Below, piece by piece: positions 7,813-16,311 of a stretch of DNA of 64,000 bases. The notes under the pieces were generated by a model. The model was given only the letters and a program-made list of their open reading frames with translations. It was not told where the DNA came from and did no database searches. The position numbers and the translations under genes were made by a program. Location: the sequence record NC_070950.1. One strand, given 5' to 3'. Each line of letters starts with the position of its first letter. Position 1 is the first letter of the stretch.

Positions 7813-8675
7813 AGAAACTTTTCTCAATTGTGGGATTAGTGATGATTGCAACTTTACTCTCTGGATGCGGTCAAATCGTAGAACCTGGTTTTAAAGCCAA
7901 GTTCCTTTCTTCCAGTGGTTACAGTAACGAGATCAAGGAGCCGGGTAAATATCAAGTTTGGTGGGGCGAGAAGTTGATTAAACTTGATACCTCGACCAAA
8001 GCGATATCCATTCCTCTCACTGTTAAGATGGCGGATGAAATGGATTTATCCTTTAGCGTTAACTTCCGTACCCGAGTCGGGGGTAACGATAAAGTCCTGA
8101 ACGCCATGTTTAACGACATTCGGCCTCAGGATACTGATAAGGGTCTGATCATCTCCTTAGATCAGGTATTCTCGGTTTACGGTAATGACGTAGTGAGTAA
8201 CGTTGCTCGTTCCGTAGTGGGGAAATACAAAGTCAGTGAGGTCTCTAAAAACTACGACACAATCAACGAGCAGCTTCAGGCTAAGTTAATCGAAGCGATG
8301 AAGAACAACCCGCTGGAAGTGTCCAACGTGACCGTCGCTAACATTACCTGGCCTAAAGTCATTACTGACGCCATCGAAAAGCAACAAGAACGTGAACTGG
8401 CAATCAAGACAGAAGAAAACCAGCAAGCTATAGAAATGGTCAAACGCACTAACCAGCTCAAACTCGCCGAAGCTGACCGAGAGATCGAACTCACTCGAGC
8501 GAGAACCCTGCGAGATCAGAACGCCATTACCGCCGATGGATTAAGTGATAAACTCATCGCTTATAAAGCGTTAGAGGTTCAACAATCCATGACAGATAAC
8601 AAGTCGGCGGTGTTTGTCCCTTATGAAGCGTTCAATGCACCCGGATTGTCCAACCGAATCTTTAGTGCCAAATAA
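7809..8675 (+). CDS. SPFH/Band 7 domain lipoprotein
   Basis: Lipobox LLSGC; VEPG...PG.Y; ARSVVGKY; VSNVTVANITWP..ITDAIE; C-terminal coiled coil. Confidence 0.85.
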   Translation: MKKLFSIVGLVMIATLLSGCGQIVEPGFKAKFLSSSGYSNEIKEPGKYQVWWGEKLIKLDTSTKAISIPLTVKMADEMDLSFSVNFRTRVGGNDKVLNAMFNDIRPQDTDKGLIISLDQVFSVYGNDVVSNVARSVVGKYKVSEVSKNYDTINEQLQAKLIEAMKNNPLEVSNVTVANITWPKVITDAIEKQQERELAIKTEENQQAIEMVKRTNQLKLAEADREIELTRARTLRDQNAITADGLSDKLIAYKALEVQQSMTDNKSAVFVPYEAFNAPGLSNRIFSAK

Positions 8676-8683
8676 TTAACAAT

Positions 8684-8713
8684 TAATCTGGTTGGATAAG
8701 TCCAACCAGATTA
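8684..8713 (+). terminator. intrinsic terminator-like hairpin
   Basis: 13-bp stem TAATCTGGTTGGA-taag-TCCAACCAGATTA followed by CTTTT. Confidence 0.75.
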
Positions 8714-8729
8714 CTTTTACTTTAGGAGA

Positions 8730-9323
8730 ATGATGATGATCAACTGCTTAGAACCTAACGAATTCGTTCAGTTTAAAGAACAGTGGGATAAATATCTCGA
8801 GGAGGGTCTTCCCGGACTCGATGAAAGAATGAAGGGTCCGATGCTGATCCTGAACGCAATACCTGGGGTAGCGACCCGCTTTTGTTGTTCCGGTCATACC
8901 TTTGAAGAAAGGTTATCATCCCACCCGACCAAAGCGTATTCTCGAGTGCAGAAAAGGAACTTCATTTTTGTCGTTGAAGAAGGTCATGCCGATATTTTCT
9001 TTGCGTTTGAGATACTCTTCAAATTATTGAACAAAGACGAGTTTAGTTTTTGCCGGCCTTCTTTAGAAACCACTCTGCTCAAGAAAAACTTTGGTGAGTC
9101 GGAAACCTATCCGGTTTGGGTATTCGAAATGAATTGGGTTTACGAACTCACCGAGGAAGAAAAAATAAAGGGAAGGGATAAGACCCAGAAAGAACTTTGG
9201 GAGAAACTCCTCAGAGGACTGTTCATGATCACCGATCCAAAGGAACGCCATAAACACCGGGATATTCTGACCGAACCCTATTTCGACCAACCAGGACTTA
9301 TTAGGAAAACACATAATGTTTGA
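8730..9323 (+). CDS. hypothetical protein with a TYW3-like motif
   Basis: GLDERM...LNAIPGVATRFCCSGH resembles the Tyw3 iD..i..lN...T.SSCSGR motif. Confidence 0.45.
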   Translation: MMMINCLEPNEFVQFKEQWDKYLEEGLPGLDERMKGPMLILNAIPGVATRFCCSGHTFEERLSSHPTKAYSRVQKRNFIFVVEEGHADIFFAFEILFKLLNKDEFSFCRPSLETTLLKKNFGESETYPVWVFEMNWVYELTEEEKIKGRDKTQKELWEKLLRGLFMITDPKERHKHRDILTEPYFDQPGLIRKTHNV

Positions 9324-10425
9324 TATCGGCATCGTCGTTGGTAAATTTGCCCCTCTCACCCAGGGGCACATCAACCTCATCACCCAAGCCTCCCTCCAGG
9401 CTAAGAAAGTTATCGTTGTGTTAAGTCATGACAGTCGCTGGTTAGCGCAACAATGTCCTCGTGATCAGAAGGCGTTGACGTTCACTAACCGTCTTCGTTG
9501 GTTACAGCAGCATTACGCCGATTCTGACCACATTGATATTAAATATATCATCGAAGATGACATCCCGGAATTCCCCAACGGATGGAGCGCTTACTGTAAC
9601 CTCCTCAGGAAGATCTACACTGAGGAACAGCACAAGAACTATAAAGGAATCGGATCAGTCGACAACACTCGTCGGATTGCTCAAACCGTGGCCATTTTCA
9701 GTAGTGAAATCGATTACGATAAAGGTTACGAGGAGCATCTTCCTGAAGTCAGTCACGTCGTCGTTGATGCGCATCGTACAGCGGTTCCCATTAGTGCGAC
9801 TAAAATTCGTGAGAATCTTTACGCCAACTGGGAATACCTCCCTTCTATTGTTCGTAAGGACTACACCAAACGGATTGTCATCCTCGGCCAGGAATCTTGC
9901 GGTAAAAGCGTCATGGTCAAGAATCTGGCTAAGATGTTTAATACGTCCTGGGTAGAGGAGTACGGTCGGACGTATTGTGAAACTGAGCTCTGTGGTTCAG
10001 AATCGACACTCCGTAGTGATGATTACCCGATCATCGCTTATCGCCATAAGGAACTGGAAATCCAAGCAATGCGTTCGGCTAACCGCATTTGCATCGTGGA
10101 TACGAACGCATTCATTACCGAGTACTACCATCGGTTGTATGAAGGCAAACCTAATCGTATCGTCTCTGCTATAGCAGCTGAGGAAAACTACGATCTGGTC
10201 ATCGTGCTCGAACCTACGGTGGAATGGGTTGATGACGGCCTTCGTAGTAATCCCGAAAGACAACGGACGACCGAATTATTTAACCTCATGAGTCTGGAGT
10301 TCCCTAACCAGTTCCCGGAAGGAAGAACGTTCCATATTTCTTCCCCTGATTACAAAGTTAGGTTCGACCAGGCTTACGAAATTATCAAAACCTTCACTCA
10401 GCGTGTTAACTCAGGTGAATTTTAA
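9316..10425 (+). CDS. nadR: NadR-like NMN adenylyltransferase / nicotinamide riboside kinase, without HTH
   Basis: VGKFAPLTQGH, ISATKIR, Walker A GQESCGKS, EEYGRTY, IVDTN, WVDDGLR. Confidence 0.92.
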   Translation: MFDIGIVVGKFAPLTQGHINLITQASLQAKKVIVVLSHDSRWLAQQCPRDQKALTFTNRLRWLQQHYADSDHIDIKYIIEDDIPEFPNGWSAYCNLLRKIYTEEQHKNYKGIGSVDNTRRIAQTVAIFSSEIDYDKGYEEHLPEVSHVVVDAHRTAVPISATKIRENLYANWEYLPSIVRKDYTKRIVILGQESCGKSVMVKNLAKMFNTSWVEEYGRTYCETELCGSESTLRSDDYPIIAYRHKELEIQAMRSANRICIVDTNAFITEYYHRLYEGKPNRIVSAIAAEENYDLVIVLEPTVEWVDDGLRSNPERQRTTELFNLMSLEFPNQFPEGRTFHISSPDYKVRFDQAYEIIKTFTQRVNSGEF

Positions 10426-11121
10426 ATGAAAGAACTTTTTAGCGTAATCTATACTGATTTCCAGAGCGGATGGAGTCGTAAGGAATGGCTGTGGTTAGTC
10501 GTAGCCGTCTCGGCTGTTGTAGTTGGGAGTATTTCCGCTTCGCCACTGGAATTCTGGGCGGGGATATTCAACGTCGTCTGCGTTATTCTTGTTGCTAAAG
10601 GCCGACTCTCCAATTACTATTGGGGGCTATTAGGGGTGGTTCTCTACGCGATCGTTTCCTACAAGCAACAACTCTACGGCAACATGGCGCTTAACGTCAT
10701 TTACTTCGGATTCCAATTCTGGGGTATTTACGAATGGCGTAAAACACTGCTGAATAAGACTGATGCTGGCGTTGACGTATCCGTTAGGCGATTGTCACTC
10801 CTTCAGTTCCTTCAGATGACGTTCGTTGTTTTGGCAGGGACCTTTGCAGTAAGCTTGTTCCTTCGTCATATCGGGGATAGTTCACCCGTATTAGATGCGT
10901 TTACGATGGTAGCGAGCTTAATCGCTATGGGCTTGATGGTTAAACAGTATTCCGAACAATGGTTACTCTGGATACTGGTCGATATCGCTTCTATTTACAT
11001 GTGGGTCATTCCTGCTTTAGACCAGCCTGGTTCTTGGTCCATGGTAGCAATGTGGACGGTCATCACCGGTAACGCGCTGTACGGCGCTTACATGTGGTTT
11101 GTTGTTAAGATAAATAAATAA
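10426..11121 (+). CDS. pnuC: PnuC nicotinamide riboside transporter
   Basis: Multi-TM; LVAKGRLSNYYWG, QFWGIYEW, LDAFT, EQWLLWILVD; abuts nadR. Confidence 0.92.
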   Translation: MKELFSVIYTDFQSGWSRKEWLWLVVAVSAVVVGSISASPLEFWAGIFNVVCVILVAKGRLSNYYWGLLGVVLYAIVSYKQQLYGNMALNVIYFGFQFWGIYEWRKTLLNKTDAGVDVSVRRLSLLQFLQMTFVVLAGTFAVSLFLRHIGDSSPVLDAFTMVASLIAMGLMVKQYSEQWLLWILVDIASIYMWVIPALDQPGSWSMVAMWTVITGNALYGAYMWFVVKINK

Positions 11122-11150
11122 ATAATTCCGACAATAGAGGATAAAATATC

Positions 11151-11852
11151 ATGCGTAAGAACTATGACATTAATGCCACTTCAGACGACGTCTTCTTTAA
11201 TCACTCTAAATCATTTAAGCTGGTGAGAAAAGCGATTAAGAAGATCGGTTCAGCAAAATGGGAGGGGGTTTTTAGTGACCCTACCCAAAATGCTGCCCGT
11301 GGGTATGATGAAGAGCGATTTGATAACGTCCTCCGCGCCATGTATTCTGAAGATTTGGCGAGGACCTTGGATTTTGCTATTCATCGCAACGAGATTGCTC
11401 GAATCGATATCGCCATTATGATGATGAAACCTGAAACCAAAATCGATTACCATTTTAGGCACGACATCCCCTATCGTCAATGGGGATTTCTTAGTTTCCG
11501 ATCTGATTTAACAATTACCAGCGCGGATCAGCTCGACAACAATCCCTTTTTCTTCACTACGCTCTTGCGGGAGCTCAAAAGAGCGGGGATTTACGATTAC
11601 AACGTGAACGCGATCAGCGAGCTTTATCAACTTGTACATCTGGCCTCTATCGCGCTGTCGTACACTGGTTTGAGTGGATTGGGGGAATCGGATTCCTACC
11701 AGAACGCAATCGGTGTCGCCATGCAGGTAATTCGTCGTTGGGGCGCGGGAGAGAGTTCTGAAGTTATGAGTGATCTTGATCGAGCCACTCAGATTTGGTC
11801 GCCTTCGGAATCGGACTATGTTAAGTTTTACGAAGAATTGATCATCGGATAA
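11151..11852 (+). CDS. hypothetical protein
   Basis: GAGGA SD; 233 aa. Confidence 0.8.
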   Translation: MRKNYDINATSDDVFFNHSKSFKLVRKAIKKIGSAKWEGVFSDPTQNAARGYDEERFDNVLRAMYSEDLARTLDFAIHRNEIARIDIAIMMMKPETKIDYHFRHDIPYRQWGFLSFRSDLTITSADQLDNNPFFFTTLLRELKRAGIYDYNVNAISELYQLVHLASIALSYTGLSGLGESDSYQNAIGVAMQVIRRWGAGESSEVMSDLDRATQIWSPSESDYVKFYEELIIG

Positions 11853-11894
11853 CGAAGCGTAATTAAATTTAATAGTATGGTCAGTCGACCTAGG

Positions 11895-11921
11895 TGAGAG
11901 TGATCTTGTGGGTTACTCTCA
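11895..11921 (+). terminator. RNA hairpin with G-U pairs
   Basis: TGAGAGTGATC-ttgtg-GGTTACTCTCA: 11 bp including 2 wobble pairs, then TTCCTTT. Confidence 0.55.
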
Positions 11922-11951
11922 TTCCTTTCGTAAATATCGGAGAAATAAAAA

Positions 11952-12467
11952 ATGGCTAAAGAAAACGTTGTTCGTATTCCACTGTATAATTTAGGTAATC
12001 TTTCTTGCGTAGGGTATCGAGAAGGGTGCGGGTATAACGTTAAGATTTATTGGGGCGATTATGTGCTGGCCTCTAAACCTAATCTCACTCAAGCGCTCGA
12101 CTTCGCTTATATCGGGGTTCGGCTCTTCTCCCCGATCCACAGTGAATGGTTAACCAACGATCTGCGTTTAGCTATTTGTGAATCGTTGATAAAAGCCCGT
12201 TTATTAATTGATGGCAATCATAGCGTGGAGCGTTCTTCTGTTCTTTCAGAGGGATTCCTTAAGCATTGGAAAACAGGTGAATCGGGGGTAGAGTATTATC
12301 TGGAAGTACGTCTTGCTAGAGACCCGGGTAAAATAGAAGACGACATCGTTCAAGTCACCTTAAAGTACGACAACGATGGGTGCAGCTTCACACATAGCTT
12401 CAAGAAATACGCTTCCGTTTTCAACTATAAAGAACATTTAGGTCTTTTCAAACAAGTTACCCGCTGA
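11952..12467 (+). CDS. hypothetical protein
   Basis: GGAG SD; 171 aa. Confidence 0.8.
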   Translation: MAKENVVRIPLYNLGNLSCVGYREGCGYNVKIYWGDYVLASKPNLTQALDFAYIGVRLFSPIHSEWLTNDLRLAICESLIKARLLIDGNHSVERSSVLSEGFLKHWKTGESGVEYYLEVRLARDPGKIEDDIVQVTLKYDNDGCSFTHSFKKYASVFNYKEHLGLFKQVTR

Positions 12468-12474
12468 GTCAACC

Positions 12475-12507
12475 TAACTCCTACTCCCGATAAGGGAGTA
12501 GGAGTTA
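12475..12507 (+). terminator. CTCCTAC/GTAGGAG-family hairpin
   Basis: 14-bp stem TAACTCCTACTCCC-gataa-GGGAGTAGGAGTTA. Confidence 0.75.
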
Positions 12508-12532
12508 TTACACATGTAAATAAAAACAGACC

Positions 12533-12574
12533 TTTATTATCTCTATGTGGAATAAACCATAATCTTTTTAGGAG
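12533..12574 (+). promoter_or_regulatory. early-promoter variant plus conserved leader
   Basis: cTTTATTAT, 14 nt, then AACCATAATCTTTTTAGGAG, which is identical to 34515..34534. Confidence 0.6.
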
Positions 12575-12582
12575 CATGTAAC

Positions 12583-12885
12583 GTGAACATCTATTTAGTT
12601 AAACCAATGGAATTTACTGGCGACGAAGATATCAACGGTATGGTCGTTGTAGCACCTGACACCAACACCGCCTTGCTGACCCACCCTCATATCGACGCAG
12701 ACGGCAATACCTTCGAATGGGAAGTCGAAACCAATTCTGAAGCCGGTAACTGGGTGGATGATGAGGGCCGAACTGACATCTTCCACGGTTGCGCTTGGCC
12801 GGCTCCTGATCGTTTACACTGTGTTCTGTTGGGCGTAGCCGCCGACGGGATGGAAGAAGGTATCGTGTTGGTCGATCGTGATTAA
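12583..12885 (+). CDS. acidic hypothetical protein, paralogue of 5972..6283
   Basis: GTG start after AGGAG; shared motif blocks. Confidence 0.75.
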   Translation: MNIYLVKPMEFTGDEDINGMVVVAPDTNTALLTHPHIDADGNTFEWEVETNSEAGNWVDDEGRTDIFHGCAWPAPDRLHCVLLGVAADGMEEGIVLVDRD

Positions 12886-12895
12886 GGGGTAACGC

Positions 12896-13414
12896 ATGAA
12901 AGTCGTTAGATTTGGGAACCTGACCGTTAATAAAGATAACAAGCTGGAGATAACACAGTTTAATTTTTCCAGTGAGTCCAACGGCGAACCCGTCACACCG
13001 GCTGGTATGGTGAAAGCTATTGTCAAATGGCTAAACAGTCATGTCGGGAACACCGATGGGATGTTCAACCCCATCAAAGACTTAAACGGAGTCCCGCTTA
13101 TCGCAGGAGTAAATATCCCAATTGATCAATCCAAGTTGGTTATGCCTAAAAGTGTGGCTTTAGCCGAACTGGATCCTCCTGTTTTTAGCACCAACGAATA
13201 TACGTTCCTGGAAGTAGAGGAACGCGTTTATCAGCTCATAGCGATGCAAATAGGAATAACGCTCACTACCGAAATGGGTGTCATTCCTGGCTCGGTTGAA
13301 CTGATTGATGTGGATGACTCTCGTCCACATCCCGACAATGTCGTAGGTTACTGCCTGACATTAGAAAATCCACCGCGGTATTTCTTGAAAGTTAAGAATA
13401 AAGGAGTTCGGTAA
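12896..13414 (+). CDS. hypothetical protein
   Basis: SD; TAATG coupling downstream. Confidence 0.75.
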   Translation: MKVVRFGNLTVNKDNKLEITQFNFSSESNGEPVTPAGMVKAIVKWLNSHVGNTDGMFNPIKDLNGVPLIAGVNIPIDQSKLVMPKSVALAELDPPVFSTNEYTFLEVEERVYQLIAMQIGITLTTEMGVIPGSVELIDVDDSRPHPDNVVGYCLTLENPPRYFLKVKNKGVR

Positions 13415-14199
13415 TGTTAGAGACCCAGCTTAAAGATCGCCTGACCATCCTGAACACTTTCGAATGGTTTACCTACTTCTGGAATAAATTCGAGGAAGGC
13501 ATGTATGATGTAAGGCGAACCATGCATAGCGCTTCGGTTGCGATTAATAACGGAGATTGCGCGGTAGCCGCTTTAGCGGTAAGTTCCGTTTTGAATCGTC
13601 GACTGGATGTTGACGTTGGAATGGCTCGCAATACTCTTCACGCCTGGGTCACTATCGGTAACGATATCTTCGATACCGAATACCCCACAGGACACGATAT
13701 ATCAAGTTTTAAATCTAAATGGGGCGATCGTATCAGTGAGGTGGTTTTAACACCTGAGACCCTCGTAGAAGAGTTTATGCCGTGCGATCTGGCAGGCGCT
13801 TATCTCGTAAAAGAATTCTGCGGGATAATGTGTGAACCGCATCCTAAAGAAATCGATTTTCTCCTGAATAATCCTACCGAATACGAATCACGGGAGGGCG
13901 TTCACAAAATCGAAAAGGCTATTGCGTTCGCAGTAGAGGAAACTCTGAAAGCTCGCCGGGCAGTAACCACCATCAAACACGAGTCTTACTTCACTGCTAA
14001 AGAAGCCACGATGGATCATGAACTCAAAGATCACGTCAGGGATATCTATTCCGGTATTCTGATCTGCGTACTGGTGGATAAGAACGATTACAAAGTGATC
14101 GGAGAGTCTTATCGCAAAGGACCAGAAACAGAACGCACACTACTGGCGAGATCAAGAGCCAAGTTTATCGCCCTGGATAAACTTAAAGACGTGGCGTGA
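13414..14199 (+). CDS. papain/transglutaminase-like Cys-His-Asp domain fused to a phage gp49 (PF13876)-like domain
   Basis: GDC49AVAAL, H76AWV, FD87TEYP. C-terminal IKHESYFTA...ILICVLVDKNDYKVIGES...LAR. Confidence 0.55.
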   Translation: MLETQLKDRLTILNTFEWFTYFWNKFEEGMYDVRRTMHSASVAINNGDCAVAALAVSSVLNRRLDVDVGMARNTLHAWVTIGNDIFDTEYPTGHDISSFKSKWGDRISEVVLTPETLVEEFMPCDLAGAYLVKEFCGIMCEPHPKEIDFLLNNPTEYESREGVHKIEKAIAFAVEETLKARRAVTTIKHESYFTAKEATMDHELKDHVRDIYSGILICVLVDKNDYKVIGESYRKGPETERTLLARSRAKFIALDKLKDVA

Positions 14200-14223
14200 T
14201 CATTCAATTTAGGAAATAAAATC

Positions 14224-15768
14224 ATGAACGAAGAAAATAAAATCGCGATCGTTTCTCATGGGGAGGTTGTTGAGTTTGATCCTAACAGTGCTGAGCATCG
14301 AAAGATTCTTGAGTCGGCAAATAGGAAACTTATAACGAACGAACTCTACCAGCGAGATTTAAAACGCTTTAAAGACCTGGTTTTGTTTTATCAAAGTGCG
14401 GTTAGCAAAGAAACCATCGATGATAAAATTGAGGAGTTCTTAAGGGCTACCGGGATAAGGTTGGACTATTCTGATCTGGCCATTTTTAACTATGGGTACC
14501 CGGACATAGATGGATACTTCGGTACTCTCTATAACCGCGCAATGGGGATTGAACCCCCTTCTGTGTCTGCTGATGAGAATCCGATAGTTGAACTGAAAGA
14601 AAATAGCTTAAAACCCCAACTCCCCTCAAGCCACACTGGCGGGGAATTATTGTACGATATTCTGCTTCGTAAATTTAACCGTTTCATGCAGAACATAACG
14701 ACCGAGCTTTTAATATTAGGGCGCGGAAGATCCTTAACAACGGAATGTCGGATTGAAACAAACATACTCAGAAAAATAGAGGGGTTTAATAAAGAAACGA
14801 ATCTGGGGCTGGATCGTGAGATCGTACAAAATTGCCCAATCGATGAAAATTTGCAAACTGGGTATTTTAATGTTCTTTTCGTAGGTCTAATTAAACGATC
14901 AGAAGAATTCAGAATGCAAACGATGCCTCTTTCAGAGAAAATAGGGTTTATCCAACCGAAATACGGTAAGGACGAGGGGGTTAAGGCGAATCCAAACATC
15001 CGTTTTTGGTACGATAAGTTTGGAGTGGGTCATGAGATACCTCCCAATAAACCCATGGAAGCAGGTAGTGTTAAACGGAATGAGGGTTGTGTTATGGCTT
15101 ATCAACCATACGGTAACGGGGGATCTGTTCCTTCTCCTGATCCCCGCGATGAAAGTGTAAGGAGTAAAGATACTGTTATTCAAAACAGCGTTTCAATTAG
15201 CCCCGGGAAAGTCAACATAGAGGTGCTTGAGGCAGCATGTCGGACAATGGCCGAAAGTATGAAAGTCATGCACCGCAAGCCCGTCTCTGATGAATTTCGC
15301 GATAAACTTTACGAGGCGCTGGCCGCCTTTTATCATCGACATCACTCTCTAGGAAATGCTTCAAGAGAGTTCCTGTACGGGGATGTTATTTGCATCGAAC
15401 GGTTTAAGCGCGAGTTTGGAATCGTTTTCTCCGCTAGGGACGTGGACGCTTTTCTTAATGGAGTTATGACTATCCCTGTGTTACTCGGCAAATACGTTAG
15501 AGAACGCCATCCCGGTGAAAAGAAAATCACAACTTACCCACAATACGCTTTAGCTCTAAACACATTAACCTCGTTATTGTGTTTGTTTCCCTCAAACGTA
15601 AGGACGAGAGAAGATATTGAACGTGCTAAAGCATTACACGTTCAATTCAATATTCGTTTTGACATTGATATGTCCGAAGAGGATTTTTTAGCGATTATCT
15701 ATCGTCATGGGACTCCCCGCCATTTTCTCAAAAAACACGCTACCACTGAAGCCACTAAAGGTGAATAA
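14224..15768 (+). CDS. large modular hypothetical protein with a repeated helical motif
   Basis: TTTAGGA leader; 514 aa; IE.F...(T/F)(G/N)(I/L) motif three times; Pro-rich linkers. Confidence 0.8.
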   Translation: MNEENKIAIVSHGEVVEFDPNSAEHRKILESANRKLITNELYQRDLKRFKDLVLFYQSAVSKETIDDKIEEFLRATGIRLDYSDLAIFNYGYPDIDGYFGTLYNRAMGIEPPSVSADENPIVELKENSLKPQLPSSHTGGELLYDILLRKFNRFMQNITTELLILGRGRSLTTECRIETNILRKIEGFNKETNLGLDREIVQNCPIDENLQTGYFNVLFVGLIKRSEEFRMQTMPLSEKIGFIQPKYGKDEGVKANPNIRFWYDKFGVGHEIPPNKPMEAGSVKRNEGCVMAYQPYGNGGSVPSPDPRDESVRSKDTVIQNSVSISPGKVNIEVLEAACRTMAESMKVMHRKPVSDEFRDKLYEALAAFYHRHHSLGNASREFLYGDVICIERFKREFGIVFSARDVDAFLNGVMTIPVLLGKYVRERHPGEKKITTYPQYALALNTLTSLLCLFPSNVRTREDIERAKALHVQFNIRFDIDMSEEDFLAIIYRHGTPRHFLKKHATTEATKGE

Positions 15769-15945
15769 ATGCAACCACTGATCAGCCTTAAAGAGTTAGC
15801 CAAACTCCTGGGTGTTTCCGTTAAAACCCTGAAAATTCGTATTAGCAAAGGTACTGTTCCCCAGCCTTTCGTTAGCGAGGGGAAAAATATGCGTTGGATG
15901 CGTTCTGACGTTGAACATCTCTTCTCTAAAGAAGAAGTCGTTTAA
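15769..15945 (+). CDS. AlpA/excisionase-like HTH protein, 58 aa, missing from the ORF track
   Basis: My translation: MQPLISLKELAKLLGVSVKTLKIRISKGTVPQPFVSEGKNMRWMRSDVEHLFSKEEVV. AAAGG SD; abuts the upstream stop. Confidence 0.85.
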   Translation: MQPLISLKELAKLLGVSVKTLKIRISKGTVPQPFVSEGKNMRWMRSDVEHLFSKEEVV

Positions 15946-15947
15946 GT

Positions 15948-15961
15948 TGTAAATATTTACA
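15948..15961. promoter_or_regulatory. 14-bp perfect palindrome within a possible sigma70-like promoter
   Basis: TGTAAATATTTACA, overlapping TTGTAA-N18-TATTGT. Confidence 0.4.
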
Positions 15962-16019
15962 GCCCTGTACTATTGTAATGGTTAACCGACCGTAAACTTT
16001 AATTAAAGGAAAAGAAGTT

Positions 16020-16301
16020 ATGTCTAAAATCAAACTGACCGAAGAACAACTCGCCACCCTGAATGGTTCGGAATCCTTCGTCGTCTCCGGCCTGGCTGCC
16101 GGCAAAGTCTCCCTGGCAACCGACGTGTCGGTCATCACCCTCGATCTCGATCCGGGTCAGCTGACCATCGGCCAAACCCTGAAGATCAAAGACGGCGTCC
16201 TCGTCACGGACAAAGCCCAGGAACAAAAGGCCGAAAAAGCCAAAGGTAAAAACAACCCGTCTCCGGAAATGGCGGCCAAACTTGCCGGCAGCGCCTGCTA
16301 A
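16020..16301 (+). CDS. small protein with strongly biased, host-like codon usage
   Basis: AAAGGA SD; codons heavily C-ending (ACC, GCC, GGC, CTC); own upstream region and terminator. Confidence 0.8.
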   Translation: MSKIKLTEEQLATLNGSESFVVSGLAAGKVSLATDVSVITLDLDPGQLTIGQTLKIKDGVLVTDKAQEQKAEKAKGKNNPSPEMAAKLAGSAC

Positions 16302-16311
16302 GTTAAGGTAA

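Noticed and set aside
9533-10174. Alternative-frame plus-strand ORFs inside nadR
   Set aside because: Ser/Thr/Arg-rich frame-shift shadows with no RBS.
10423-10428. In-frame TAA-ATG junctions (nadR/pnuC, 15766-15771, 27589-27594) as read-through or stop recoding
   Set aside because: Each downstream gene has its own SD-like sequence. TAA, TAG and TGA all end genes here, and long genes are intact under code 11.
15769-15945. AlpA/Xis-like gene as evidence of an integrated mobile element
   Set aside because: There is no integrase, transposase or att-like flanking repeat in the window.
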